Source of the DNA: a virus
Direction: 5' to 3' (one strand)
Length of the DNA: 64,000 bases
Virus record (IMG/VR): IMGVR_UViG_3300045988_123080
In this document: piece by piece, positions 1-9,380 of the stretch
How positions within the stretch are numbered: the first letter of the stretch is position 1
How the letters are laid out: every line of letters begins with the position of its first letter
Made by a program: the position numbers and the translations under genes
The notes under the pieces: generated by a model
Seen by the model: only the letters and a program-made list of their open reading frames with translations
The model's database searches: none
Told to the model about the DNA's origin: nothing

Positions 1-23
1 CACGAGATTACGACCATGATTCT

Positions 24-764
24 GTGATGGCGTGCTTTGGAAGGTATAAATATCTCGGTGACAAAATCGAATATGACAGTCCGAAAGATTTCTGGATCAG
101 TAATGCTTATGGTCATTGTAGTGATGAAGAAATCTTTGAAGCACTCAAAGAACGGAAACTTATAAACATTTATGTTGACTATTATCAGGACATGGAAAAA
201 GACGAATACTTTTATGCTCTTTGCGACATGGATAATGGAGATTGTTTTGTTGACGGTCTTGCAGAAGACGAGGTAGTGTCCGAAGCAAAATATTGGTTGG
301 AACCGGAAGATTGTATGATTTTGCTGGATAGCAAAATGGTATGGGTTCCGCTTTATGTTTATGACCATAGCGGTATTTCAATGAGCTGCGACGAAAGAAC
401 ATATCCTTTTAACGATCGTTTTGACTCTAGTATGGTCGGTTGGATTGTGACTACGATGTGCAAGAATCATACTCCTGCTGATGAAATGAAGGCAACACGA
501 GTGATGCAGCAGGAAGTAAAAGAATATAACGATTGGCTTCATGGTGAAGTTTATTGTTATACGCTATACGAACAAAACGGCGACGACGGTGACGAATTTG
601 ATGATTGGATTGAAATTGATTCCTGTGGCGGATTTATCGGTGACAATACCATTGAAAATGGAATGACTTACAATGTCGGAAACGGTATCGAAGAAGCTAT
701 TAAGAATGAAAACTATACGACAGGAACGGCAAAGAAAACTGTGGTCGTAAAATGGGAATTCTAA
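24..764 (+). CDS. hypothetical phage early protein
   Basis: 246-aa ORF in + strand tightly packed array; Cys/Asp-rich; no recognisable motif. Confidence 0.45.
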   Translation: MMACFGRYKYLGDKIEYDSPKDFWISNAYGHCSDEEIFEALKERKLINIYVDYYQDMEKDEYFYALCDMDNGDCFVDGLAEDEVVSEAKYWLEPEDCMILLDSKMVWVPLYVYDHSGISMSCDERTYPFNDRFDSSMVGWIVTTMCKNHTPADEMKATRVMQQEVKEYNDWLHGEVYCYTLYEQNGDDGDEFDDWIEIDSCGGFIGDNTIENGMTYNVGNGIEEAIKNENYTTGTAKKTVVVKWEF

Positions 765-794
765 ATAAAAGTTGAATTTTAGGAGGGAAATATC

Positions 795-1082
795 ATGGAT
801 GACAATATGATGGAACGTCAGATTGCTGACTATATGGTGAAGTATGGCACAGAGAATACGAACTACGGTACATGGGTATTTGAAGTTGACGAGTTAGCAA
901 AGAAATTCAATGTAACAGAAGAGTGGATTAAGAAACACGATGATGGAATCATGTCTGAGTTATATCTTAGAGAAGAGGTTGCGGATGTTGAGCGTGAACT
1001 AAGTGGCGACGACATGACCATCACACTTTTTGATGTTGATTTCTACACTGATTTTTGTCCCAATTACGTTGAGGATGAATAG
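795..1082 (+). CDS. hypothetical protein (ends in TAG, frame stays open downstream)
   Basis: ATG preceded by AGGAGGG SD; 95 aa; terminates at TAG 1080-1082, then 69 more sense codons in same frame. Confidence 0.45.
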   Translation: MDDNMMERQIADYMVKYGTENTNYGTWVFEVDELAKKFNVTEEWIKKHDDGIMSELYLREEVADVERELSGDDMTITLFDVDFYTDFCPNYVEDE

Positions 1083-1289
1083 GAAAAGGATTGCGGCGTA
1101 GATAAATATTGGTTCGCAGAAACTCGCTGGTGTACAGATGATATTATTGGTATTGCAAAAGACAATGGAATTGAAATGACTCAGCAGCAAGCAGAACAGT
1201 GGTGGAAAAAGAATGAGAACTGGTTCAAAAATGTTCTTGTTGAATATGGTAACGAAGTTCTTGCCGATGCGAATTTTAGTGGGGTATAA
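1083..1289 (+). other. in-frame open extension after TAG (possible readthrough/recoded region or non-ATG ORF)
   Basis: 69 stop-free, Trp-rich, protein-like codons in the same frame as 795-1082, no ATG until 1177. Confidence 0.25.
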
Positions 1290-1292
1290 AAT

Positions 1293-1628
1293 ATGAATTA
1301 TGATAAAGGACCTTGCTGGTTGTGCATTGAGAAATCTTGTAAGAATTGTCCATGTGCTGTTGCGGAAGCATATGAAAATACCTATTTAGATGCACAGTGG
1401 ATACAGAAGCTAAGTTGGAATAAAGATGATTGCGATAAATTTGTTGAGCGTCTTTGGAAAGAGAACACAGATATCGCATGGACCGAAAATGAACGTGGAG
1501 AACTAGTTCTTAATCAGAATTGGAGAGGTTTCCCAGTTGGCAACTTCACACAAGATGATTGGTTCCGTTGGGTGGATGAGTTCCATAGTAAAGGCGTTGG
1601 CTGGGTTTACGAGAACGTGAGCGTGTAA
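1293..1628 (+). CDS. hypothetical Cys-rich protein
   Basis: 111-aa ORF; CWLCIEKSCKNCPC cluster suggests Zn binding. Confidence 0.45.
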   Translation: MNYDKGPCWLCIEKSCKNCPCAVAEAYENTYLDAQWIQKLSWNKDDCDKFVERLWKENTDIAWTENERGELVLNQNWRGFPVGNFTQDDWFRWVDEFHSKGVGWVYENVSV

Positions 1629-1643
1629 AAGGAGAGTTTTATT

Positions 1644-1841
1644 ATGAGAATTACTATAAAATATGACATTAAACAAATGACGGAGACGCTTTGCGATGTA
1701 GCAGGTGTTGAGTATAACCTTGATTTAGAAAATTTGTTGCATTCGCTAGATATTATGGCACAAAATCCTTACAATGCTGATTTTCGTCGTAATGGTCTTG
1801 CTATCATTGCTAAAGTGTGCGAGGAGCTGAGAGAAAAATAA
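1644..1841 (+). CDS. hypothetical protein
   Basis: 65-aa ORF with GGAG SD upstream (aaggagag..atg). Confidence 0.4.
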   Translation: MRITIKYDIKQMTETLCDVAGVEYNLDLENLLHSLDIMAQNPYNADFRRNGLAIIAKVCEELREK

Positions 1842-2035
1842 TGTATTACCATCTTGAATACTCTGTCAGACACTTTATGTACGGCGATACATATAGAGGG
1901 CATGAAGTCTATCCTACAAAAGAGCTGCGTGACGCAGAACTTAACTGGATGAAAATGTGTTACAGCAAGCCGACAGAGCTTGTCTATGCAACGTATGAAA
2001 CCGAAACGCTTGGTGAGGATAAGATAATAATATAA
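1841..2035 (+). CDS. hypothetical protein
   Basis: ORF in track 1817-2035; likely start ATG 1841 overlapping previous stop (taATG). Confidence 0.4.
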   Translation: MYYHLEYSVRHFMYGDTYRGHEVYPTKELRDAELNWMKMCYSKPTELVYATYETETLGEDKIII

Positions 2036-2050
2036 TGAGGAATTAAGGGA

Positions 2051-2254
2051 GTGAGAGTTATGATTATCCAAAATTGCGGATGGGATCATTCAGTGGACGA
2101 AGTTAAGGAAGCTCTTGATACACTTTCATATTGGTTAAGAGAAGGTGTGACAGTTGGTATTTTTAATGAAGAAACCAACAAATGTGAGTTACTAAAACCT
2201 TTTGATTCAGAAAAAGCTTTTATTTTGGGGGCATTAACTTATGACGGCACGTGA
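2051..2254 (+). CDS. hypothetical protein
   Basis: 67-aa ORF, GGGAG SD; ATG ~2060. Confidence 0.4.
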   Translation: MRVMIIQNCGWDHSVDEVKEALDTLSYWLREGVTVGIFNEETNKCELLKPFDSEKAFILGALTYDGT

Positions 2255-2558
2255 GATTGCAAGAGATTTTCTTTCTAAAATGAATCCTTCTGGATGGAAT
2301 GGACGTGGATACAAACCGGATACATTTAATGATAAAGATCAGATTAAATATCATGTAGATGGTCACCCTGAAATTGATGTGGATGTTTATTATGAATATG
2401 ATGCTGGCGATAATAGCTGGTGGCATTTTTGTGATGCACGTTACAATGCTTCTGGCGATAAAATTCTTGGTGTGTGTAATCCTAATGTTTGGTCTATTGA
2501 TGCGATTGAAGAATCTGCTAAATATTTATTTAGCAAAATGAATATTGAAATTAAATAA
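2241..2558 (+). CDS. hypothetical protein
   Basis: 105-aa ORF overlapping previous stop. Confidence 0.45.
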   Translation: MTAREIARDFLSKMNPSGWNGRGYKPDTFNDKDQIKYHVDGHPEIDVDVYYEYDAGDNSWWHFCDARYNASGDKILGVCNPNVWSIDAIEESAKYLFSKMNIEIK

Positions 2559-2574
2559 AATCGAGGTTTTAAAA

Positions 2575-2820
2575 ATGTGGACTTTTACTAGGTTTTATCT
2601 TCGGGAAAGTTGTGTTTTGCTTGTTGAGGAGGACGGAGAAAAGAGTGCAATCACAACAAGTGCATATGACTTAATAAGAATGTACAATAACGGCGAGAGT
2701 GAATGCCCTAGCGATAATGCAAAGGTTATTTATTGCTCGATTTTTAATGTAAAAATGAAATGTAAAACGTTCAAAGAACTTATGGATATGCTTGAGAAAA
2801 TTGTAGCTGATTGTTGTTGA
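2575..2820 (+). CDS. hypothetical protein
   Basis: track ORF 2545-2820 begins with TTG; more likely ATG 2575 after GAGG. Confidence 0.4.
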   Translation: MWTFTRFYLRESCVLLVEEDGEKSAITTSAYDLIRMYNNGESECPSDNAKVIYCSIFNVKMKCKTFKELMDMLEKIVADCC

Positions 2821-2830
2821 GGTTTTAGAT

Positions 2831-3064
2831 ATGAAAAATAAAGCAGTGGTTGTTATTTATGACGATACGATGTGTAATGGTCCTTGCCGTGTAGAGCACA
2901 AAACAATGGAAGATGCGGTAGAGTCTGTTAATAATGATTTTGAAAGTCTGATGAAAGAGCTGCGAGATGAAGGCTATGAACCTGAATGGATTTGTGACGG
3001 CCATCATATGCTTGAGGTTTATGTTCCGAATACGTCTATTAACGCATGGTGGGATTTTGAGTAA
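2831..3064 (+). CDS. hypothetical protein
   Basis: 77-aa ORF. Confidence 0.4.
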   Translation: MKNKAVVVIYDDTMCNGPCRVEHKTMEDAVESVNNDFESLMKELRDEGYEPEWICDGHHMLEVYVPNTSINAWWDFE

Positions 3065-3075
3065 GGAGAATTAAA

Positions 3076-3423
3076 ATGAAAATCAAACTTGAAATCGAAA
3101 ATGACTATGGGCTCTTTAAAGCAAACAACTGCAACGAAGAAGAATATTTAAAATTTTACGACAGTGATGGCGAGTTTATTGAAGCTATTGATGTGAGCGA
3201 TGTTATTACAGAAGAAATGGATGATCTTTATTTGGCTGCAACAAATAAGGATTCGCATTATGTGGCTACTCGCTTAGCAAAACTGCTTTACAATCAAGGA
3301 ATTGAAATTGTTGGAGTGTTTCGTGGAGGTGATTTGGGCTGTATGTATGAACTGTACAAGACATACGGCAGAGAGTTTGTAAACCGAATCGGTGAATACG
3401 CATTGGTGATTAAGGAGATTTAA
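3076..3423 (+). CDS. hypothetical protein
   Basis: 115-aa ORF with GGAGAA SD. Confidence 0.45.
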   Translation: MKIKLEIENDYGLFKANNCNEEEYLKFYDSDGEFIEAIDVSDVITEEMDDLYLAATNKDSHYVATRLAKLLYNQGIEIVGVFRGGDLGCMYELYKTYGREFVNRIGEYALVIKEI

Positions 3424-3425
3424 AA

Positions 3426-3632
3426 ATGGATGCTAACGAAATCAAAATGTTTGAGCAGAAGATGATTGACAGCGCATTTATTGATGCTGTTGATTATGAT
3501 CCGAAGGTGGCTGCACGAGCTGTGGGAGCACGTAAGATGAAAATGAAGGGTGTGTGCTCCTTTAATGAGTATATTGGTTATTTGCAGAGCATTACCGGCA
3601 ATGCAAAGTTGTTTTGGAAGTATCAGTTTTGA
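3426..3632 (+). CDS. hypothetical protein
   Basis: 68-aa ORF, AGGAGA SD. Confidence 0.4.
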   Translation: MDANEIKMFEQKMIDSAFIDAVDYDPKVAARAVGARKMKMKGVCSFNEYIGYLQSITGNAKLFWKYQF

Positions 3633-3643
3633 GAGGAGAATGA

Positions 3644-3900
3644 ATGTGTTTGTACTACTGAATGTCTACACTAGAAAAGATGATGAGATTCAAGAATATA
3701 AACTACCCAAAATCTGGGATAAAAATATTTTTGAACATCATAAGGATGCTGTTAAAGCAATGGGAGAACAAGTTGAAAATGCAATGGCGGAATATTATTG
3801 CATAGAAGAACATGGCGTACCAAATATAACAGAAGAAATGAATAACACATGGATTGAAACGAAATATTGTGTTGACTGGTGGACGATTATTGAAGTTTGA
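3644..3900 (+). CDS. hypothetical protein
   Basis: track ORF 3550-3900; ATG 3644 follows GAGAGGAGAA SD. Confidence 0.4.
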
Positions 3901-3929
3901 TAAAACAGTTCTTCTAAGGAGATAGTAAT

Positions 3930-4181
3930 ATGAATGAAAAGAGATTTGAAATTGACACGCCCATCGGAAAACTGGTTGCTGAAGCTGGTGGAGATTATAA
4001 GGATTATCCAGGAATTTATATTTATCTTCAGAGAGAAGATGGCGTTCAAATTGATTTATCTTGTACGGAAATTGATAAAGAAACTGGCGAAGGCAGGGTC
4101 TTTATCTGGGAAAATACGTCTACGGATGAATACACTAGGATGATGCGCTGGACTAAAGAACAACTTATGATTAAAGAGTGA
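3930..4181 (+). CDS. hypothetical protein
   Basis: 83-aa ORF, AGGAGATAG SD. Confidence 0.4.
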   Translation: MNEKRFEIDTPIGKLVAEAGGDYKDYPGIYIYLQREDGVQIDLSCTEIDKETGEGRVFIWENTSTDEYTRMMRWTKEQLMIKE

Positions 4182-4200
4182 GCGGAGGGAGTAAAACAAA

Positions 4201-5502
4201 ATGACTACTAACAATTCTATGACTGTAATAACCTCTAAGCCATTCGGCGCACTGAATGTGGACGTGTACCAGAATGATAAACACCAGTATTATATGACCC
4301 GTGAACAGATTGGGCGAGCACTGGAATGTAAAGAACCTCGGAAGTACATTGCGAAGATTCATGAGCGTAATGCAGACCGTCTTGACCCGTTGAGCTCGGT
4401 CGTCAATTTGACGACTGAGGTCGGAAATTATACGCAAGAACGTCAAACATATATGTACAGTTTGCGTGGTGTTATGGAAATCTGTCGTTTGTCTCGTCAG
4501 CCGAAGGCGGATGCGTTTATGGATTTCTGCTGGGACATTATGGAATCTCTGATGCGTGGCGATTCCGTTCTGGCTACTCCTCAGATGGATGCTGCACTGA
4601 GTAAGGAGTTCATTGATGTAAGACTTCACGCTCTGTTTGATAGCATGAAGAACCTTCAGAGTGAACTTGATTCCACTCGCAAGGAGCTCGGTGACCAGAT
4701 TGAGGAAGCTCGTGCTACTAGCAACGAAGCACTGAATATAATCAGCAGCGTGTCTCAGTGTGTCCATCAGATTAAGGATAAGCAGATGGATAATTCGATT
4801 CGTGCTAAGAGCTATACTCCTCGCAATGTGTTTCAGGATGAAATGAGTGACTGGCGTAAAGATTTGTATAGCAAGATTGGTGTGATTGCAAATACCAAAG
4901 GCTATACGAATAAGGAAACGCTTCACAAGATATATGAATATCTGAATCGTAATTATGGTTTCGTTTTGGAAGACGCTCGTGCGAAGTATGTTAAAAGAAC
5001 GAATCGTAGTGGGAAAATCTCTACGATTGATATTATCGAAGAGGACTCCACTTGGAAATCCGTTATGGGTGCTGTTGTCGCAGATATGTACGCGGCATCT
5101 ATTGAACGTCTGCATCAGAATCAGAATGAACTTCGTCTGACTCCAAAGGCTGTCGAAGCTGTTTCTGAAGTAAACGTGAGCGATGGTCCTATTGTTGACG
5201 CAGTAGTCAAAGAAGTTGTAGAAGATAAGCCTAAGAAACAGAGTGAGACGGCGAAGATTCTTTTTCCAATCATGATGCCTCTGGCGGAAAAACTTGGTGA
5301 CAAGCCACAATATAAGCACACGTATACCCTAATCTATGAGCGTATTGGTTATAAGAAGATGAATAATTTGTTTATTGCTTACGAGAAGGCTCATGGTAAA
5401 GCACCAAGTCCGAAAACGAAGGTGTTTATCGAAAGTGAAAAGAATCTTGCACTGTTTAAAAAGGCTGTAAAGCAGCTGATGAAAGAACAGGAGAACAAGT
5501 AA
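4201..5502 (+). CDS. phage antirepressor, Bro-N domain protein
   Basis: N-terminal Bro-N-like signature (FGALNVDVYQ...YYMTREQIGRAL...YMYSLRGVMEICRLSRQPKADAFMDF); 433 aa. Confidence 0.55.
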   Translation: MTTNNSMTVITSKPFGALNVDVYQNDKHQYYMTREQIGRALECKEPRKYIAKIHERNADRLDPLSSVVNLTTEVGNYTQERQTYMYSLRGVMEICRLSRQPKADAFMDFCWDIMESLMRGDSVLATPQMDAALSKEFIDVRLHALFDSMKNLQSELDSTRKELGDQIEEARATSNEALNIISSVSQCVHQIKDKQMDNSIRAKSYTPRNVFQDEMSDWRKDLYSKIGVIANTKGYTNKETLHKIYEYLNRNYGFVLEDARAKYVKRTNRSGKISTIDIIEEDSTWKSVMGAVVADMYAASIERLHQNQNELRLTPKAVEAVSEVNVSDGPIVDAVVKEVVEDKPKKQSETAKILFPIMMPLAEKLGDKPQYKHTYTLIYERIGYKKMNNLFIAYEKAHGKAPSPKTKVFIESEKNLALFKKAVKQLMKEQENK

Positions 5503-6126
5503 ATGTACGTAATATCGAATGGGCACAACTATATTATGAAACGGAAGGGAGGTCGAATCTGTGCAACTTGTGATATTAACCTAGCGTTACAGTTTGAATC
5601 TAAGGGACTGGCGATTTGTGAAATCAACAAGCTTCCCGCCGGGTATAAGAACGGATACTATGTGCCGAAATCAATGGATGAAATCGAAGCTGCAAATAAG
5701 AGTCCGAATATAACAAATCAGGTTGTAAAGCCGAATACATACGCATTTCATATGAAAGATTCTGAATGGCTGATAGAGTTGAAGAAAAATCTTGAGGTCA
5801 CAGACAAAACCATGGCCAGCCTCGATGATTTATATGCCAAAGTCTACAGTGATTTAACTGCGGCTAGTGATGAGATTGCTGATATTGAACACGCAATTGA
5901 GTTCAAAACAGTGAACGCAGCGCAAGGTTATCAACTTATGGCGGAATTAAAGAAGGCTCGTCGTAAGAGGAGAGAAGCCAAGGATGCAAAGTTTCTAATT
6001 GAGATTGCGATGAGTCGTCGAAACAACAATGATTGGGGTCATAGTCGGCTTGAGACTGCCATTGAGCAACTTGACACTCGTCAGTTTACTCCGAAAGTTC
6101 GCAACGATCTGTTTGAAAAGAATTGA
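5503..6126 (+). CDS. hypothetical protein
   Basis: 207-aa ORF; ATG overlaps previous stop (taaATG). Confidence 0.45.
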   Translation: MYVISNGHNYIMKRKGGRICATCDINLALQFESKGLAICEINKLPAGYKNGYYVPKSMDEIEAANKSPNITNQVVKPNTYAFHMKDSEWLIELKKNLEVTDKTMASLDDLYAKVYSDLTAASDEIADIEHAIEFKTVNAAQGYQLMAELKKARRKRREAKDAKFLIEIAMSRRNNNDWGHSRLETAIEQLDTRQFTPKVRNDLFEKN

Positions 6127-6392
6127 GGTACATAAAAATGACGATTCGTATTTTACATGAATGTATTGATTCTAGCGATTTCTACGCGGAAGGTAATATT
6201 ATTACCATTAACAAAGATAAAGAGAAGTTGTCTGAAAAGATGTTCTCGCTTTATAAGGATTGCCGGGACTCGGAAGGAAATAGTGTGAACCAGGACGAAA
6301 CGTGGTGTGATTCATGTGAGGCGTCCGTTGTTAGTGGGAGCTCTGGAAATTACTATCGACATCATTGGAAAATTGACAAGTTTGAGGTGTGA
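6123..6392 (+). CDS. hypothetical protein
   Basis: 89-aa ORF; probable ATG 6138. Confidence 0.4.
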   Translation: MRYIKMTIRILHECIDSSDFYAEGNIITINKDKEKLSEKMFSLYKDCRDSEGNSVNQDETWCDSCEASVVSGSSGNYYRHHWKIDKFEV

Positions 6393-6395
6393 ATT

Positions 6396-6620
6396 ATGAT
6401 GGTATATGGAAACATAACGTGTAATCGCTGTGGCATTACATGGTATGGCCCTAAATGTGGAAAGCTCTATTGTGATAAATGTCGTAAGATAATAAGAAAT
6501 GAGGCATCCATTCGATGCAAGAATAAAAAGAAACATAAACCAACATTTGTTGAGATTGTAAGAATGGCAGATGCAGAGGGATTATCTTACGGAAAATACT
6601 GTTTGAAGTATGGAATTTGA
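6396..6620 (+). CDS. small Cys4 Zn-ribbon protein
   Basis: CNRCG...CGKLYCDKC motifs, 74 aa. Confidence 0.45.
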   Translation: MMVYGNITCNRCGITWYGPKCGKLYCDKCRKIIRNEASIRCKNKKKHKPTFVEIVRMADAEGLSYGKYCLKYGI

Positions 6621-7479
6621 GGTGAATGTAATGAACGCACTTGAGAATGAAAAGAAAAACGAGAATACGGTTGCTTTTGATTTTTCTGAATATGATTCTT
6701 CTAAAGAAGAAAGGCACCAGAAAGTAATCAAAAGGAATTATAACCTGACTCGGATGGAAGCGAATCATGGAACGGTTCAGCCGATTAAGGACAAAGAAGA
6801 TATTAAACGTATTTCAGAATATTTCTGGATTAAACGTCAGTACCGCAACTGGTGTTTGTTTAATGTAGGATGTTGCACAGGATTCAGAGCAAGTGATTTG
6901 CTTCGTTTGAAGGTTTCTGATGTAGCAGCTACAGATATGAATGGAAAGGTTGTGGTGAATTTCAACGCAAAACTTCGTGTTAAGGAAAAGAAAACAAATA
7001 AGTATCGCATTCTTAAAGTTCCGGTCCCGGCACTAAAGTGTATTCAAACTTATATCAATATTGATGGATTGTCTTATGACGATTGGCTCTTCCCGTCTCG
7101 GCAAGGCAGTTGGAAGAACTCCATGAGAACAAACGGTGGAACAAGCGTAAGTAAATCTGATGTGTTCCGTAAGTATGATGCAAATCCAAAAGAAATGGGC
7201 GATCCGCTTGATGTGGATTCTTTTGGTAGAATCATGCGTCAAGTTGGTAAGGAGCTAAATCTTCCTGTCCAGCTTGGTTCTCATAGCTGCCGCAAAACTT
7301 TCGGATATCAGTTTATTGCATCTCGTCCAAATGACATAAAAGCTCTTGCGTGGTTGCAGCATAGTCTAAATCACAGTAGTCAGGCAATTACGCTTCGCTA
7401 TATTGGTCTGGATGAAGAAGTGGATGATGAATACTACTCTGGGATTGATTATGGCGTGGACTGCCATGAAAACTCTTGA
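6610..7479 (+). CDS. tyrosine site-specific recombinase (XerD/integrase family), internal second copy
   Basis: Box I GFRASDL, HxxR (LGSHSCRKTFGY), catalytic LRY near C-terminus; probable start ATG ~6631 after GAGGTG. Confidence 0.7.
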   Translation: MEFEVNVMNALENEKKNENTVAFDFSEYDSSKEERHQKVIKRNYNLTRMEANHGTVQPIKDKEDIKRISEYFWIKRQYRNWCLFNVGCCTGFRASDLLRLKVSDVAATDMNGKVVVNFNAKLRVKEKKTNKYRILKVPVPALKCIQTYINIDGLSYDDWLFPSRQGSWKNSMRTNGGTSVSKSDVFRKYDANPKEMGDPLDVDSFGRIMRQVGKELNLPVQLGSHSCRKTFGYQFIASRPNDIKALAWLQHSLNHSSQAITLRYIGLDEEVDDEYYSGIDYGVDCHENS

Positions 7480-8168
7480 GGTGTGTTATGGCTGATACTT
7501 ATATTAAAATCTGGGATACTTATGAGAGCTACTTTGAGCCCCTTAGTGCTGCTGAGGTGGGGCGTCTAGTACTGGCGATGATGAAATATAAATCGTCTGG
7601 AATGGAGCCTGAACTCAACGGAAATGAGCGGTATGTGTGGCCTGCTGTAAAGAGAGATTTAATTAAAGATGCCGAATACATCGAAGGTAAGCGCATTTAT
7701 GGAAAAGCTGGCGGTGAAAGCAAGCGTAAGCAAAACGAAGCAAACGCAAGCAAGAGCAAGCTAGAAAAAGAAAAAGAGAAAGAAAAAGATAAGATATCGT
7801 CTTCGTCTAGTGATGAAGCGACAACGACGAAATCTATCGAGGATGTCTTTCGAGAGGACATCGGAAAGCTCGGTGTTGCAGGAAAGAAGGCTTTGGCAGA
7901 ATATGTTGAGCGCATGGGCGATGAACTTGTACTTGCTGTGATTGGAAAGTGTTCTGATCTAGGTGGTAGTACATGGGCTTATGTGCGAAAAGCTCTGGAT
8001 GAAGCGGAATCTCTTGGTTGCAAGACTGCCGATGATTATCGCCGGGTGTGTCCGACTGGTTGTGGTCGCAATACAAGAGTGGATAGACAAGCTCCCAGTG
8101 GAAACGATTGGCTAAAAAACGCAACAAAACGTCGTCCGCTGGTTAAAAGAGAGCTGGAAACAGCATGA
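7476..8168 (+). CDS. putative DnaD-like replisome organiser
   Basis: C-terminal STWAYVRKALDEAESLGCKTADDY resembles DnaD C-terminal domain; central KEKEKEK low-complexity linker; likely start ATG 7488. Confidence 0.35.
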   Translation: MRCVMADTYIKIWDTYESYFEPLSAAEVGRLVLAMMKYKSSGMEPELNGNERYVWPAVKRDLIKDAEYIEGKRIYGKAGGESKRKQNEANASKSKLEKEKEKEKDKISSSSSDEATTTKSIEDVFREDIGKLGVAGKKALAEYVERMGDELVLAVIGKCSDLGGSTWAYVRKALDEAESLGCKTADDYRRVCPTGCGRNTRVDRQAPSGNDWLKNATKRRPLVKRELETA

Positions 8169-8183
8169 ATGGAGGTTTGAATT

Positions 8184-8585
8184 ATGGGGTTGTTACTTGG
8201 TTTGGGTTTGCTTGGAGCAGCGTTTGGTATTGATGCGGTAAAGCAAGCACCGTTCGATAGGGCATATCGCCGTCTCGAAAACGAATGGGGCACTTGTACA
8301 TCGGAAGAGAGTAAGCGGTGTGATGCTTTGAAGTATGCCGTGCAGAACGGTTTATGTTTTGAGAATGAAAAGAAGCCTGTGATTGAGTGGCAGAAGCTGA
8401 GAGATCTTCAGTGGAAGTATCAGCTGGCTGGCATCTCTTGGCCGAGAGAATCTGCGATTCGAGATGTGTGCCGTCTGGCAGCTCGTGATCGTGGATTTGA
8501 GTATAAGGGGTATCTGCGAAACACGTTGACGTTTGGTTATATCACTGATCCGAAAAACATTTGCAAGCTTGGTATTGTAGATTGA
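8184..8585 (+). CDS. hypothetical protein with hydrophobic N-terminus
   Basis: 133 aa, MGLLLGLGLLGAAFG N-terminus. Confidence 0.4.
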   Translation: MGLLLGLGLLGAAFGIDAVKQAPFDRAYRRLENEWGTCTSEESKRCDALKYAVQNGLCFENEKKPVIEWQKLRDLQWKYQLAGISWPRESAIRDVCRLAARDRGFEYKGYLRNTLTFGYITDPKNICKLGIVD

Positions 8586-8599
8586 AAGGGGATTTGAAA

Positions 8600-8905
8600 A
8601 TGAATAATAATCGCAGAAAAGCTATTAAGCAAACCATTGATCGCTTTGATTTCATCCGTAAGAAGCTGGAAGAGCTTGTATCGGAGGTCGAAAGTGTAAA
8701 ATCAGACGTCGAGAACATCCAGTGGGAAGAAGAAGAGTATCGTGACAACATGCCGGAGAATCTGCAGGGGGGTGAGCGGTATGATAAAACAGATGATGCT
8801 TGCACGAATTTGTCTGATGCTGTGGATGCTCTGGAGGATATGATTGGTGCTCTGGATTTTGACTTTGGTGATGTGACCACATCTCTGGAGGAAGCGATGG
8901 AATGA
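8600..8905 (+). CDS. hypothetical acidic protein
   Basis: track ORF 8561-8905; ATG 8600 after GGGGA SD. Confidence 0.4.
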   Translation: MNNNRRKAIKQTIDRFDFIRKKLEELVSEVESVKSDVENIQWEEEEYRDNMPENLQGGERYDKTDDACTNLSDAVDALEDMIGALDFDFGDVTTSLEEAME

Positions 8906-9090
8906 TTAACACAACAAACCCATTGAGGAGAAATGCATGGGCTGTGTTCTTGTATAGAGGTAGGCAAGTTTGTTCGTATCTTTTGCGTAATAGCAATCTT
9001 GGGGACAAGGAACGCATGGTAGAACTGCTGGCACGAAGGTACATGACAGAGCCAGAAAATATTGTTGTCGATATTGAATTTAGAGATTGA
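8902..9090 (+). CDS. hypothetical protein
   Basis: 62-aa ORF overlapping previous stop. Confidence 0.35.
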   Translation: MINTTNPLRRNAWAVFLYRGRQVCSYLLRNSNLGDKERMVELLARRYMTEPENIVVDIEFRD

Positions 9091-9185
9091 GGTGATAAAG
9101 AATGACCGCGTTTATGATATTTGCTTTGAATGTGGTGTTGATAATGGCAGTGAATAGTAATCCGTTTGCGTTTTGATTAAGAGGT

Positions 9186-9380
9186 GTGGATATGAGTATG
9201 TTGCAAGAAGAGTATAATTTGACGGATGAAGCACTTAAACAGTTGCTTTATGATATTCGACATCCGAGTATGGAAGCTGCTATACGTCGTGAAAAGATGT
9301 ACAAAACATATTTATCGAATGTAGATGTTGAATATGATGGTGAATCAGAAGTGGTTGATTTTAAAGATTTAGATATTTGA
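9186..9380 (+). CDS. hypothetical protein
   Basis: 64-aa ORF, GAGGTG SD. Confidence 0.4.
   Translation: MDMSMLQEEYNLTDEALKQLLYDIRHPSMEAAIRREKMYKTYLSNVDVEYDGESEVVDFKDLDI

Noticed and set aside
4171-5319. Long minus-strand ORFs (for example 4171-5319, 15196-15771, 16303-17166, 19347-19886, 26113-27492, 38656-39342, 40453-41013, 43458-44084, 51741-52697)
   Set aside because: Each lies entirely antisense to a + strand gene with clear functional motifs (antirepressor, Pnkp, Sak4-like, DnaE, helicase, ligase, SPFH). They have low-complexity composition and no SD; typical shadow ORFs
7740-7800. AAAGAAAAAGAGAAAGAAAAAGATAAG purine repeat, considered as a CRISPR/tandem repeat signal
   Set aside because: It encodes the KEKEKEKDK low-complexity linker of the 7476-8168 protein; no spacer-repeat architecture anywhere in the window
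9102-9176. 25-codon hydrophobic mini-ORF (MTAFMIFALNVVLIMAVNSNPFAF)
   Set aside because: Too short to support without conservation evidence; could be a membrane peptide but left uncalled
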